A DNA stretch of 64,000 bases. Source: Planctomycetota bacterium. GTDB lineage: Bacteria; Planctomycetota; Planctomycetia; JALXBF01. This document shows, piece by piece, positions 49,166-58,874 of the stretch; the stretch's first letter is position 1; every line of letters starts with the position of its first letter. A model generated the notes under the pieces. It had not been told where the DNA came from, did no database searches, and saw only the letters and a list, made by a program, of their open reading frames with translations. The stretch is taken from contig JALXBF010000065.1 of the NCBI GenBank assembly GCA_026991575.1, forward strand, positions 1 to 64,000, read 5' to 3'. The position numbers and the translations under genes are program-made.

Positions 49166-49414
49166 GCGGTAGTGTGGCTGAAGTGCTGGTCGGAGAATTC
49201 GTGTTCGGAGCCCAGCCGCAGCCGCGCTGGTGGTGCCCTGTCGTCGTTGGCCGGTCCGGTGTGTCCTGGCCGAGTTTCCGATGTGAGCGGTCCCGTTCGC
49301 GGTCCGCTAAGAGGTCGGATGGCGTCCGCCGCTGACAGCCGCAGCGCCTATGCTATCATGACAGAGCGTAGCCTGTCCCCGCCAGCGGCAGAAGGCAATG
49401 AAGGAGGTGTGACA

Positions 49415-49921
49415 ATGCGACGTGCCGCTCGACCGTTCTCGTGGCTAGTGCTTGGCTTCGCGCTGGGGGTCCTGGTGAGCTGGGTCTTGCGTGACGAGCC
49501 CACGCTCGCTCTAACCAACGACCGGGCCGATGACACGGTGGTGACCACTGCTCCGTGGGATGAGCAGGAAAGTGTCGAGATGGTATACGTATTGGACACG
49601 CGCCGCGGCCGCTTGGTTGCCACCGCGGTCAATCCGATCACGGGTCGCTTCTTGGGGATCACGTTCCGGGATGTCGTGCGGGATTTCCGAGTCGGACCGC
49701 GTGGCGGCAAGCCGAAGTTTGCGATGGTCGCAGGCCGGGCTGTGCTAACAGGGCAAACCCGCTTTCCGGTTCGGCACCTGTTGTATGTCATCGAGCTGAA
49801 TAGCGGTCGCGTGCAGGCGTACACGACGCCGTTTACTGGCTATGCCCCTGGCGGCGGAGCGGCTCTGCAGATTGTGCCGGTCGATGCGGTGCAGTGGGCT
49901 CAGGCGATCCCACGCCGTTGA
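49415..49921 (+). CDS. Hypothetical exported or membrane-anchored protein
   Basis: SD AAGGAGGT; N-terminal hydrophobic helix followed by a globular beta-rich region. Confidence 0.65.
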   Translation: MRRAARPFSWLVLGFALGVLVSWVLRDEPTLALTNDRADDTVVTTAPWDEQESVEMVYVLDTRRGRLVATAVNPITGRFLGITFRDVVRDFRVGPRGGKPKFAMVAGRAVLTGQTRFPVRHLLYVIELNSGRVQAYTTPFTGYAPGGGAALQIVPVDAVQWAQAIPRR

Positions 49922-50027
49922 GTTGCCGCTTCAGCTGGCGAATCTCCCTCTGCTGCAACGTAGCGAGACCGCCACACACCGCGGAAACGGTTTTCTGGCC
50001 GGTGGCTGATCGGTCGAAGCCTGCTTG

Positions 50028-51158
50028 TTAGCGTTGGGCTTGCTCTCGTTCGTCGGCACGCTGTGCGGAAGGATCGAGCGGCAGGTCGGCGAGTTCGCGG
50101 CCGGCCGCCTCAGTTGCAATAAGCCGCCCGTGGTGTCGTTCGGCAAGCCCGTGCTGCTGCACGTACCGGACGGCAGCTTCGAACACGCGCTCGGACAGCC
50201 CCAGTCGTTGGCGCAGCTCAGTCAGCGCAACCCCTGGGGGACGGCTGGGAAGATGCGTCAGCAGCAGTAGCGCGTGGGTACGGAGCCTGGCCTGCCGCCA
50301 CGCCCACCAGCGCGCAAGCAGGCCGCGGTCGGGTGCCAGCGTGATAGCAAAAACCAGGCAAATGCCGGACACCAGCGCGATGGCGCCGGCAACCGAGCAG
50401 TTGATCGCATAGGCAACCGGATAGCCGACCAGGCCTATGGCTGCGCCCAGCAGCACACTCCAGACGACCATCCTTGCCATGGACCGGGACCACAGATAGG
50501 CTGCAGCCGGCGGCACAGCCAGCATGGCAACGACCAGGATTGCGCCGACCGAGCTGAACGCCGCGACGCATGTCATGGCTGCGGCAATCATGACGAGATA
50601 GTGCAGCAGACGTGGCCGCAGCCCCTGGGCGTGGGCGAACTCAGGGTCGAATGCGGACACCTTCAGCTCCTTGAACAGCAAGGTGGTCAGCAGCGCGTTG
50701 CCTGCCAGCGTCGCAGCGTTCACCCAGAACGCCCGCGGTCCCAACGTAAGCCCCCCCCAATGCACCAGGTCAAACGGCGTCAGCTCGATGTTGCCAAAAA
50801 GGATGCAGTCAAGGTCTAGGTCCACGGATCGGTAGTAGCTGACACCAAGCACACCCAGAGCAAACAGACCCGTAAAGACCACGCCGATGGCAGCGTCTTG
50901 TTCGAGCAAGCGGGTGTGGGCCAGCCGTTCTATCAAAGCAACGGCCAACAGTCCGAAGATGGAGGCCCCTAGGAGCACACCGGCCGACTCTAGGCTTCCC
51001 GTGATCGCGAACGCCACGACGATTCCGGGCAGCATGGCATGGCTGAGCGCATCCCCAAGCAGGACCATCTTGCGCAGGAGTAGCAGGCTGCCGATCAACG
51101 CGCAGTTGGCAGCCACGGTGGCAGCTACCAGCAGCAGGTAGAACTCTTCGACGATCAC
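50028..51158 (-). CDS. Mn/Zn/Fe ABC transporter permease (TroD/YtgD-like) with C-terminal helical extension
   Basis: GDALSHAMLPG, DAAIGVVFTGLFALG, DLDCILFG, FKELKVSAFDP, VGAILVVAML. Confidence 0.9.
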   Translation of the reverse strand: MIVEEFYLLLVAATVAANCALIGSLLLLRKMVLLGDALSHAMLPGIVVAFAITGSLESAGVLLGASIFGLLAVALIERLAHTRLLEQDAAIGVVFTGLFALGVLGVSYYRSVDLDLDCILFGNIELTPFDLVHWGGLTLGPRAFWVNAATLAGNALLTTLLFKELKVSAFDPEFAHAQGLRPRLLHYLVMIAAAMTCVAAFSSVGAILVVAMLAVPPAAAYLWSRSMARMVVWSVLLGAAIGLVGYPVAYAINCSVAGAIALVSGICLVFAITLAPDRGLLARWWAWRQARLRTHALLLLTHLPSRPPGVALTELRQRLGLSERVFEAAVRYVQQHGLAERHHGRLIATEAAGRELADLPLDPSAQRADEREQAQR

Positions 51159-52435
51159 TGGTCCGTTTCCTTTGGTATGCGTCGCCCGTGAGGGTCGGTC
51201 GTGGGGTAGCCAAGCTGTTCCTGTAAGTCTCGAAGCAGGGCGTCGTCAATAACGTGTTCCATTTCCTCCGCGTCGCGATGCAGGTGATCTGAGGGTAGGT
51301 TGAGCTGCTTGCTGAGAAAGGTTTCCCATAGCCTGTGGCGGATGACAACCCGTTGCGCTGCGCGAATTCCCCGATCGGTTAGCCGGAGCCCATCCGGCTC
51401 GGAGCGCAGAAGGCCACGGCTGATGAGACGGTGAGCAACTCGACGCAGCTGACCCGGCGTGAGGCCGCGCATGCCGAGTAGATCAACGAAGCCAACCACG
51501 GCGGCGAAGTCGCCGCGCTCCTCGCACACGAGATACAGGTCACGCAGGAGGTGGTCTTCCTCGATGCGCAGTCTCGTGTGCCGTTCCCGGAGCCACCTGG
51601 CCAGTACGCCCCGGCGCGGCGAGCACAGCACAGAGAGGAGAAACAGCATGCTGCCGACCACGACGATGGCAGGCCCAGTCTTCAGCCACGGCGACACCGC
51701 GCTGGCATATGCTCCCAGCGCACCGGAGACGCCACCGAGCAGGGCCGCCAGCAGGAGCACGATGCCGAGCCGGTCTGACCACTGACGTGCTGCGGCCGGT
51801 GGTACGATCGTCGCCGCCACCATCAGCACCACGCCCGCAATGCGCAATCCCGCGACGATGACACCTGCCAGCAGCATCGTCAGCAGCACGTCCAACATGC
51901 GCACGGGGTAGCCCTGGGTGGTCGCGAACTCGGGGTCGAAGATGGCGAGCTTAAGCTCTTTGAAGAAAAGGCCCAGCAGCACAGCGACAACCAGGGCGAG
52001 TGCCACGAGAAATTTCACGTCGGAAGGCAGCATCGTTGCGGCCGATCCAAACAGGAACGACTTCAGCCCTGCCTGCGTCCCGAAGCCAAGCCCCTGGATC
52101 TTCGTGAGCAAGACGATGCCACTGCCGTAGAAGACTGACAGACTGATACCAAGCGCAGCATCCTCTTTCAGCGGTGATGCCCAGAGGATAAAGCGGTGGC
52201 AGGCGGCAGCAGTCAGCGCCGTGGCCAGGGCTCCGGCAAGCAACGCGGGGAGGCTCTTGTCACCGACGATCATGTATGCCAGGCATATACCAGGCAGGGC
52301 AGCGTGGGCGAGTGCGTCGCCCAATAGCGCCTCGCGGCGCAGCAAAGCGAATGTGCCGACTAGGGCTGCAACGGCACAGAGCAGGGTGGAGCCGGCCAGG
52401 ACGTTCAAGAGCGTGAAATCGATGAAGCCGTACAT
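51155..52435 (-). CDS. Metal ABC transporter permease fused to a DtxR/MntR-like repressor domain (YtgCR-like)
   Basis: GDALAHAALPG, FLFGSAA, FKELKLAIFDP, then LTDRG...HRLWETFL...HRDAEEMEH...YPTTDPHGRRIP. Confidence 0.9.
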   Translation of the reverse strand: MYGFIDFTLLNVLAGSTLLCAVAALVGTFALLRREALLGDALAHAALPGICLAYMIVGDKSLPALLAGALATALTAAACHRFILWASPLKEDAALGISLSVFYGSGIVLLTKIQGLGFGTQAGLKSFLFGSAATMLPSDVKFLVALALVVAVLLGLFFKELKLAIFDPEFATTQGYPVRMLDVLLTMLLAGVIVAGLRIAGVVLMVAATIVPPAAARQWSDRLGIVLLLAALLGGVSGALGAYASAVSPWLKTGPAIVVVGSMLFLLSVLCSPRRGVLARWLRERHTRLRIEEDHLLRDLYLVCEERGDFAAVVGFVDLLGMRGLTPGQLRRVAHRLISRGLLRSEPDGLRLTDRGIRAAQRVVIRHRLWETFLSKQLNLPSDHLHRDAEEMEHVIDDALLRDLQEQLGYPTTDPHGRRIPKETDQ

Positions 52436-52464
52436 CGGCGGAAACAGCGGTTGTCCTGCGGAAT

Positions 52465-53265
52465 TTACCGTTGTGATTCCCTGGCTACGTCGCGCCGCAA
52501 GAGGGTCTCGGCCGCGTAGGCAAGAGCTGTCAAGCGGCCGCCGTAGGTACGCTGCAGGTTCTCGGCGGTGAAGGCTTCTTCGACCGGACCTGCAGCGATC
52601 AGGCGCAGGTTGAGTAGAACGACATAGTCGAAGCGATCCGCAACGGTCTGGAGGTCATGGTGGACGACGACGACCGTCCGCCCCTGGTCACGCAGCTGCC
52701 GCAAGATGCGAAAGATCGTGTCCTCCGTGGCTGCGTCCACGCCTGCGAATGGTTCGTCCAGAAGATAGAGCTTGGGATTCTGGGCCAGGGCGCGGGCGAG
52801 GAAGACGCGTTGTTGTTGGCCACCGGACAGCTGGCTGATCTGGCGCTGTGCCAGATGGGCGATGCCAAGCTGCTCGAGACACTGCAGTGCTCGTTGGCGA
52901 TGCTCGCGGCTGGGCCGTCGGAACCAGCCGATTTGGCCGTACAGGCCCATCATCACGACGTCTAGGGCGTCGGTGGGAAAGTCCCAGTCAACCGATTCTC
53001 TTTGGGGCACGTACGCAACCCATGCGCGCCGCTGTTCAAACGGCGCATCGAACACCTTAATCCACCCGGTAAGGGGCCGCACCAGTCCGACGATGGCCTT
53101 CAGCAGCGTGCTCTTGCCGGCGCCGTTCGGGCCCACAATCGCCACGATCTGTCCAGCAGGGATGAGCACGTCAACGTCCCAGAGCACAGGCTTTGCGCCG
53201 TAGGAGACGGTCAAGTCGTGTACTTCGATTGCTGCCGTAGTCGCCGCTGTGCGTCGCTGGCTCAT
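52465..53265 (-). CDS. Metal ABC transporter ATP-binding protein (TroB/MntB-like)
   Basis: GPNGAGKST, YVPQRESVDWDFP, LSGGQQQR, LDEPFAGVD, HHDL. Confidence 0.95.
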   Translation of the reverse strand: MSQRRTAATTAAIEVHDLTVSYGAKPVLWDVDVLIPAGQIVAIVGPNGAGKSTLLKAIVGLVRPLTGWIKVFDAPFEQRRAWVAYVPQRESVDWDFPTDALDVVMMGLYGQIGWFRRPSREHRQRALQCLEQLGIAHLAQRQISQLSGGQQQRVFLARALAQNPKLYLLDEPFAGVDAATEDTIFRILRQLRDQGRTVVVVHHDLQTVADRFDYVVLLNLRLIAAGPVEEAFTAENLQRTYGGRLTALAYAAETLLRRDVARESQR

Positions 53266-54251
53266 GGCTGCGGTTCCTTGGTGCGCGTCACCCTAGAGCT
53301 TGCTCCGGCAACTCTGTCGGCAGTCGGTTCCGCAGTGAGTGCCCGAACGATGGTCTGCACGTTTGTACGCACCATGCCGATGTAGGTGTCGGCACCGGAA
53401 CCGGGAGGCCCGAGTGCGTCGGAGTACAGTGCCCCGCCGATGCGGACGTCATGGCCTCGCGCGCGGCAGGCAGCTTGGAGAGCCTCGATCGCGCGACGAG
53501 GCACACTTGTCTCGACAAAGATGGCCGGGATCCTGCGCCGGACGATGAGTTCGACCAACCGGTGCAGATCCTGCAGCGCAGCCTCCGAGCTCGTGCTGAT
53601 CCCCTGAAGCCCCACCACTTCGATCCCATAGCGTCGGCCGAAGTAACGAAAAGCGTCGTGTGCCGTGACGAGCACACGCCGGGGCTCGGGAATACGCTCG
53701 ATTTGCTCCTGAACCCAGCGGTCCAGCGCGAGCAGTTCCGCCTGATAGCGGATGGCCGCTTCGAGCAGTTCGTCTCGTTGGGTTGGGAAGTGTTCCCCAA
53801 GACGGTGCGCGAGCCACGGTACGATCCGTGCCCAGAGTCTGACGTCAAACCAGACGTGAGGGTCGTACGCTTCAGAGTCAGGCACGCGTAGTAACTCGGC
53901 GCGATCGATCGCATCGGTCGCGGCAAGAACAGGTCGAGTGCGTGCCAACGCGGCCAAGACCCGTGCCATCTGGCCTTCCAGATGCAGGCCATTGAAGACA
54001 ATGACCCTTGCACGGGCCAGCGTCAGGATGTCCCGTTGCGTTGGCGTGTACAGATGAGGGTCAACCCCCGGGCCCATCAGAGCCGAGGCACGCAAGCCGC
54101 CTACCATGATGCTGGCCGCCGTGTCCCCGAGGATGTTGGTCGTGCAGAGGACGTCTGGCGCCGGGTTGTCGGACCAGGAGGCACAACCCTGTAGTGCCAT
54201 GGCGGCAACGATTGAGAGGAGCGGTTTGTAGTACAGAGCGCGAGCGATCAC
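53262..54251 (-). CDS. Metal ABC transporter substrate-binding lipoprotein (TroA/MntA-like); start uncertain, ORF open to 54320
   Basis: Lipobox LQGC; GVDPHLY, DPHVWFD, TAHDAFRYFG, YSDALG. Confidence 0.92.
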   Translation of the reverse strand: MIARALYYKPLLSIVAAMALQGCASWSDNPAPDVLCTTNILGDTAASIMVGGLRASALMGPGVDPHLYTPTQRDILTLARARVIVFNGLHLEGQMARVLAALARTRPVLAATDAIDRAELLRVPDSEAYDPHVWFDVRLWARIVPWLAHRLGEHFPTQRDELLEAAIRYQAELLALDRWVQEQIERIPEPRRVLVTAHDAFRYFGRRYGIEVVGLQGISTSSEAALQDLHRLVELIVRRRIPAIFVETSVPRRAIEALQAACRARGHDVRIGGALYSDALGPPGSGADTYIGMVRTNVQTIVRALTAEPTADRVAGASSRVTRTKEPQP

Positions 54252-54320
54252 AGGTTGGGCCCATTCGATCGCGCGCGAAAAAGGCCGCGCGGACGGTGAG
54301 CACCGCGCGGCCGGCCTCAA

Positions 54321-55490
54321 TCACACCTTGGGCACTTCTTCCCATCGACGCGTCTGCGCCGCCGTGGCGATCGCCTCGAGTACAGCTTGATTCTTGACGC
54401 CTTCGTCGAACGATGGACAAGGCATCTGATCCTTGCCAATCGCGTCCAGCAGGTCGGCTACCTGGTGGATGTGCGTGTGTTCCCAGCCGATGATGTGTCC
54501 TTCCGGCCACCAGTGTCCCACGTAGGGATGGTGTTGGGCATTGGTCACAAGTATGGTTCGGTACCCCTGAGTACCACCTTCATCCTCGCGTGAGAAAAAC
54601 TCCAGTTCATTGAGTCGCTCGAGATTGAATACGATAGACCCTCTTGATCCGTTTATTTCAAACCGGTTGTGGTTCTTTCTGCCGTTCGCAAATCGAGTCG
54701 CCTCGAACGTGCCCAATGCCCCGTTCTCGAAAACCGCACACGCCACAAAGGCATCGTCCACGGTTACGGTAGCCTTCTTGGCGGCCTCTTCCGCTGCGGC
54801 GCTAAGCCCGCCGGCCTCGCCGGCCACCGGCCGTTCTTTGATAAACGTCGCCGTTGCCGCACAGACGGCCTTGATCTCGCCAACGAGGTAGTAAGCTAGA
54901 TCAAGAATGTGGGCGCCGAGATCGCCCAGAGCACCCGAGCCGGCCTGGCTGGCGTCCAGTCGCCAGACCACAGGGAAGTTGGGGTCGAGGATCCAATCCT
55001 GCAGGTAGACGGCGCGCATGTGGTAGATGGTGCCCAGCTTGCCCTGCTCGATCAGCTGCTTCGCGTATGCGACCGCAGGAACGCGTCGGTAGTTGAAAGC
55101 GATCATGTGCTTGATGCCGTGTTCGCGCGCCGCATCACGCATCTCCTTTGCCTGGGATAGCGTCAGGGCCATGGGCTTCTCACAGAAGACGTGCTTCTTG
55201 TTCTCGGCAGCCGCGATCGCGATCTCCGCGTGCGTGTTATTCGGTGTGCTGATGTCGATCAGGTCGACGTCTTCAGCGGTCACCACCTTTTTCCAGTCAG
55301 TCTCGTACCGCGACCAGCCGTACTGCTCGGCGGCTTGGCGCACCTTTTGTTCGTTGCGGCCGCAGATCACCTGCATGACCGGCCGAGCGGCGATTTCTGG
55401 GAAGAACACGGGGGCCTTGATGTACGCGTTGCTGTGGGCTTTGCCCATGAACGCATAGCCGATCAACCCGACTCGGATCTCGTTCGCCAT
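54321..55490 (-). CDS. Gfo/Idh/MocA family oxidoreductase
   Basis: GLIGYAFMG, HVFCEKP, FNYRR, GALGDLGAH. Confidence 0.92.
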   Translation of the reverse strand: MANEIRVGLIGYAFMGKAHSNAYIKAPVFFPEIAARPVMQVICGRNEQKVRQAAEQYGWSRYETDWKKVVTAEDVDLIDISTPNNTHAEIAIAAAENKKHVFCEKPMALTLSQAKEMRDAAREHGIKHMIAFNYRRVPAVAYAKQLIEQGKLGTIYHMRAVYLQDWILDPNFPVVWRLDASQAGSGALGDLGAHILDLAYYLVGEIKAVCAATATFIKERPVAGEAGGLSAAAEEAAKKATVTVDDAFVACAVFENGALGTFEATRFANGRKNHNRFEINGSRGSIVFNLERLNELEFFSREDEGGTQGYRTILVTNAQHHPYVGHWWPEGHIIGWEHTHIHQVADLLDAIGKDQMPCPSFDEGVKNQAVLEAIATAAQTRRWEEVPKV

Positions 55491-55932
55491 GCTTGTTGCT
55501 CCGTCCTGTGCATCGACCAGAGCGCATCAACCCAGGGTGCCATTATTAGCACAATGGATTGGCCCACGCAAGCCAGTCGGGGTAGGGGCGGGACGGTTGC
55601 TGGCCGGTCCCATCACCGTCAGCTGGGCGGTACTGGCGGTGGGCCGGGCAGCGACGTGGCTGCCGAAGATGGCTGAGGCTACCTGCGCGGGAAGTGCTTC
55701 CGACGGGGAGACCGGCAACGGACGGGGCGGCATGTTGGCGCAAACCGGCGCCGAGCCTGTGCGCCGGCTGGCTGGGCGCCACAGGTGGCCATTGTGGCGG
55801 AATCCCGGAGCCAGCGGACAGTGCGTAGGGGCCCGCTGGAGGTTTGACTCGGGCCAAGCGAAGCGGATATGCTACAGTGGCGATGGAACCGAGTGAGGGG
55901 GTGCGCCAGGGAAAACACGAAGAGGCGCACCC

Positions 55933-57294
55933 ATGAGTGACAAAGGCTACCTCTACGCTCGCATCTCTGGCAGGCATTACTGTGCCACGTTGAGGCCGGG
56001 TCAGACGTATGTACTCGGCCGCGGACATCGCGCCGACATCGTTATTCCTCATCCCTCGATATCCCGCCGTCATTGTGAAGCGGTACTGCGGCCTGATCGC
56101 TCGCTGCAGATAACCGACCTTGGCAGTGCCAACGGCTGCTGGGTCGGTGGGGAGTCTGTGCAGCAAGCGGTGGTCCAGCCAGGCCAGGTTTTTCGCTTGG
56201 GAGACGTGGACGTTCTCTTCGTGGCCCACCGGCGTCCGCCGAAGCGGGGCACGACTGGGTTCCTAACGCCCACGACGGTCGTCGTTGTGCCTCGAAGCCG
56301 GGACTGCGCTGGACCGCGGCAGACCGTTGGCGTCACGGTGAGCGACTGGGGGGCCGGCCTGGAGTACGTGCGCCGGAAGCTGATCGGGGGCAAGTCGCTG
56401 GAGGAGGTCCGCCGTTTCGTTGTGCGTGCTGCCAGAGTGGACTGTCCCGTGCTCGTACAAGGTGAGACCGGAACCGGCAAAGAGCTCGTCGTGCAGTGTA
56501 TTCACCGACTCAGCCGTCGGGCTCACAGACCGCTGGTGGAAGTCAACTGTGGTGCGCTGCCGCCGACGCTGCTGGAAGCGGAGCTGTTTGGCCACGAGAA
56601 AGGGGCGTTCACCGATGCCGTCTCGCGGCGACGTGGTGTCTTTGAGCGCGCCGACGGCGGCAGCTTGCTGCTGGATGAGTTGGGTGAGCTGGAGGAAACG
56701 GCGCAGGTGAAGCTGCTGCGTGTCCTGGAGACGGGCAAGCTCTACCGGCTGGGTGGCGAGGAGCCCGTCAAGGTGGACGTCCGTTTGCTGGCCGCCACCA
56801 ATCGCGACCTCACAACGGCCGTCGCCAAAGGGCAATTCCGCGCGGACCTGTACTTCAGGATCAACGTCCTGCACGTGACACTGCCCCCCTTGCGCGAACG
56901 CAAAGAAGACATTCCTCTGCTCGTAGAGCACTTCCTGCGGCGGATCTGCAACCAGTACGGCAGGCCGGCGCTTCAGATGAGCAAAGGCGCGATGGAAAAG
57001 CTCTGCCAGCACGATTGGCCCGGCAACGTTCGGGAGTTGCTGCACTGTCTTGAACGCGCCGTCGTCCAATGCCCCGACCAGGTGATCCTGGCCGAGCACC
57101 TCGACTTCCCAACGCTGCCGGAAATAACGAACGATTCGGGGGAGGAGGATGACTGGTCCATGTCAAGCATGACACGCTGGCTGCTGAAGCAGGCTCTGAA
57201 GCGCACCGCCGGTAATAAGTCAGCAGCTGCCCGTCTGCTGGGGATCCATCGGGGACACTTCTACCGACTACTGCGTCGCTACAAGGTCCGATAG
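55933..57294 (+). CDS. FHA-domain sigma54-dependent transcriptional activator
   Basis: LGR...SRRH...DLGSANG (FHA); GETGTGKE, ELFGHEKGAFTDA, LLLDEL, WPGNVREL, GNKSAAARLLG. Confidence 0.92.
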   Translation: MSDKGYLYARISGRHYCATLRPGQTYVLGRGHRADIVIPHPSISRRHCEAVLRPDRSLQITDLGSANGCWVGGESVQQAVVQPGQVFRLGDVDVLFVAHRRPPKRGTTGFLTPTTVVVVPRSRDCAGPRQTVGVTVSDWGAGLEYVRRKLIGGKSLEEVRRFVVRAARVDCPVLVQGETGTGKELVVQCIHRLSRRAHRPLVEVNCGALPPTLLEAELFGHEKGAFTDAVSRRRGVFERADGGSLLLDELGELEETAQVKLLRVLETGKLYRLGGEEPVKVDVRLLAATNRDLTTAVAKGQFRADLYFRINVLHVTLPPLRERKEDIPLLVEHFLRRICNQYGRPALQMSKGAMEKLCQHDWPGNVRELLHCLERAVVQCPDQVILAEHLDFPTLPEITNDSGEEDDWSMSSMTRWLLKQALKRTAGNKSAAARLLGIHRGHFYRLLRRYKVR

Positions 57295-57457
57295 CCGCCC
57301 GGAGGCGGTTCCGCATCACGGCGTGGGAGCATGGCCGTGCGGCAGACCTGCACGACCCCGACCAGTGGCCCGCGCATGGCAAGGCCGGCCTAGCAGCGCA
57401 CGATCAGTGAGCTGCCAGGCCGACCTCGGCGGCTAGGGTGCAGTGGCGGTGCCGTGA

Positions 57458-57829
57458 TTACTGGTCCTTCTTCTTCTCGTTCTCGTCAGCTGCTTCCGGC
57501 TTCTTCTGTTCGGCTTCTGGCTTCTTCTCTTCCTTCTTCTCAGCTACAGGCTTTTTCTCTTCAGCTGCAGGCTTTTCCTCCTCCGGTTTTGCTTCGGTGG
57601 TTTGCTCCTCTTCACCGCTGCCCGTTGCCTGCTCGCCCGTATCCGCCGCCTGCTGCTGGGCCGCTTCGTCAGTGCTCTGCTCTTCCGCTTCTGCGGTGGT
57701 CCCGGCGCCGGCGCCACCGTCCTCGCTCACAGCTGGTGCTTCCGGGCCGGTGGTCTCCTGGCCACCACAACCGGCGATGCCCAAACCAAGCAGAACGCTG
57801 CCGATAGAAGCCAACACGATACGCTTCAT
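57458..57829 (-). CDS. Small lipoprotein with low-complexity Glu/Lys/Ala-rich tail
   Basis: SD GGAGGTG; MKRIVLASIGSVLLGLGIAGC lipobox; repeated E-E/Q-K-K-P units. Confidence 0.75.
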   Translation of the reverse strand: MKRIVLASIGSVLLGLGIAGCGGQETTGPEAPAVSEDGGAGAGTTAEAEEQSTDEAAQQQAADTGEQATGSGEEEQTTEAKPEEEKPAAEEKKPVAEKKEEKKPEAEQKKPEAADENEKKKDQ

Positions 57830-58066
57830 CACACACCTCCGCCTGAGACAACCACACTGCCGACTCTCACCGACGCTCACCCTCTAAGACGCGCGCCGGG
57901 GCGGTTTATTCCCGCCGTGTCTAGCAGTCGACCGTCCCAGTAGATGAGACACATCTGTCCGCTTGCGCGACAGGATGCGGATCTGGAAGTCGCGACGGGC
58001 GTCGTGCCCTGCTACGCAACCCAGGACCAAAACATGTGTTACGTCAGCAAGAAAAAGACGTCGGCG

Positions 58067-58081
58067 CGGCACGCAAAATGC
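58067..58081 (+). promoter_or_regulatory. Candidate sigma54 -24/-12 promoter
   Basis: CGGCACGCAAAATGC: GG-N10-GC, two mismatches to TGGCACGNNNNTTGC. Confidence 0.45.
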
Positions 58082-58095
58082 GAATAGCCGCCGGC

Positions 58096-58277
58096 AGCCG
58101 TGGGGGCTGCGCAACGAGTGCTACGGGTGGCACCGATGACGGCGCTCTGCATTCTGCACGGTCGAACGGCTCCGGTCTAAGTGCCCCCACGGCTAGCGAT
58201 GGAAAAGGCGGCAACCGGGGGCGTAAGCGACAGAATATGGACGCGGGAACAGTCGCACCGGTTGCCGCCTTTACCAT
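58096..58277. repeat. Two adjacent long inverted repeats (candidate structured ncRNA or REP-like element)
   Basis: AGCCGTGGGGGC (58096-58107) / GCCCCCACGGCT (58183-58194), perfect 12 bp; ATGGAAAAGGCGGCAACCGG (58199-58218) / CCGGTTGCCGCCTTTACCAT (58258-58277), 19/20. Confidence 0.7.
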
Positions 58278-58874
58278 TCTCGGTCAGGCCTCAGGCCGTG
58301 TCAACTAGCCGCCGGAGCACTACTTCAGCGACGCAGGGCATACGAAACCGGTGCACGCGCGTCGACCAAGCGGGTAACTCCAACGGCCTAGGTCCGGACC
58401 GTGTGCGACGAGACGTGTATGCCGCGTTTAACTGCGGGCTCGTAGAGCGGGGCCAGGCCGAACAGGCCGCTCCGCGGCGGCGTCGGCCGCAACCATTGTT
58501 TGCGTTTCAGAAGCGATGGAAGGGCAGGTTAACGCGCGGTGGCGGCTTGGCGTAGGGAAGGGCTTCGGCGAGACGATCCGACGGGCATGGGGTTTCTGAG
58601 GCACTTGGGGTCAGGCGTCTGTCGCGGCGCGGCACGCACCGCGGGATACCTGCCGGATGCTCGGTGTCATGCCGATTCCCGGCGGCGAGGACGTCAACTG
58701 CGAAGGCCCCCCGGATGTGGGACGAAGATCTGACGCCACGGGCAAGACGTGTGGACTCTCGGGGGCAAGACGGAGCACGAGGCTGACGGTTCGGTGCCGG
58801 CGTGCGGGCCTTAGGATTGCAGAGGATGAGGCAGAGCGGATCGGCTAGAGTTGCCTGGCTGGGGAGCTCTTCCC

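Noticed and set aside
54318..54323. In-frame TGA between the Gfo/Idh/MocA gene and the metal-binding lipoprotein ORF as a second Sec codon
   Set aside because: It is at the natural end of the oxidoreductase, not at a Cys position, and the next protein has its own lipoprotein signal
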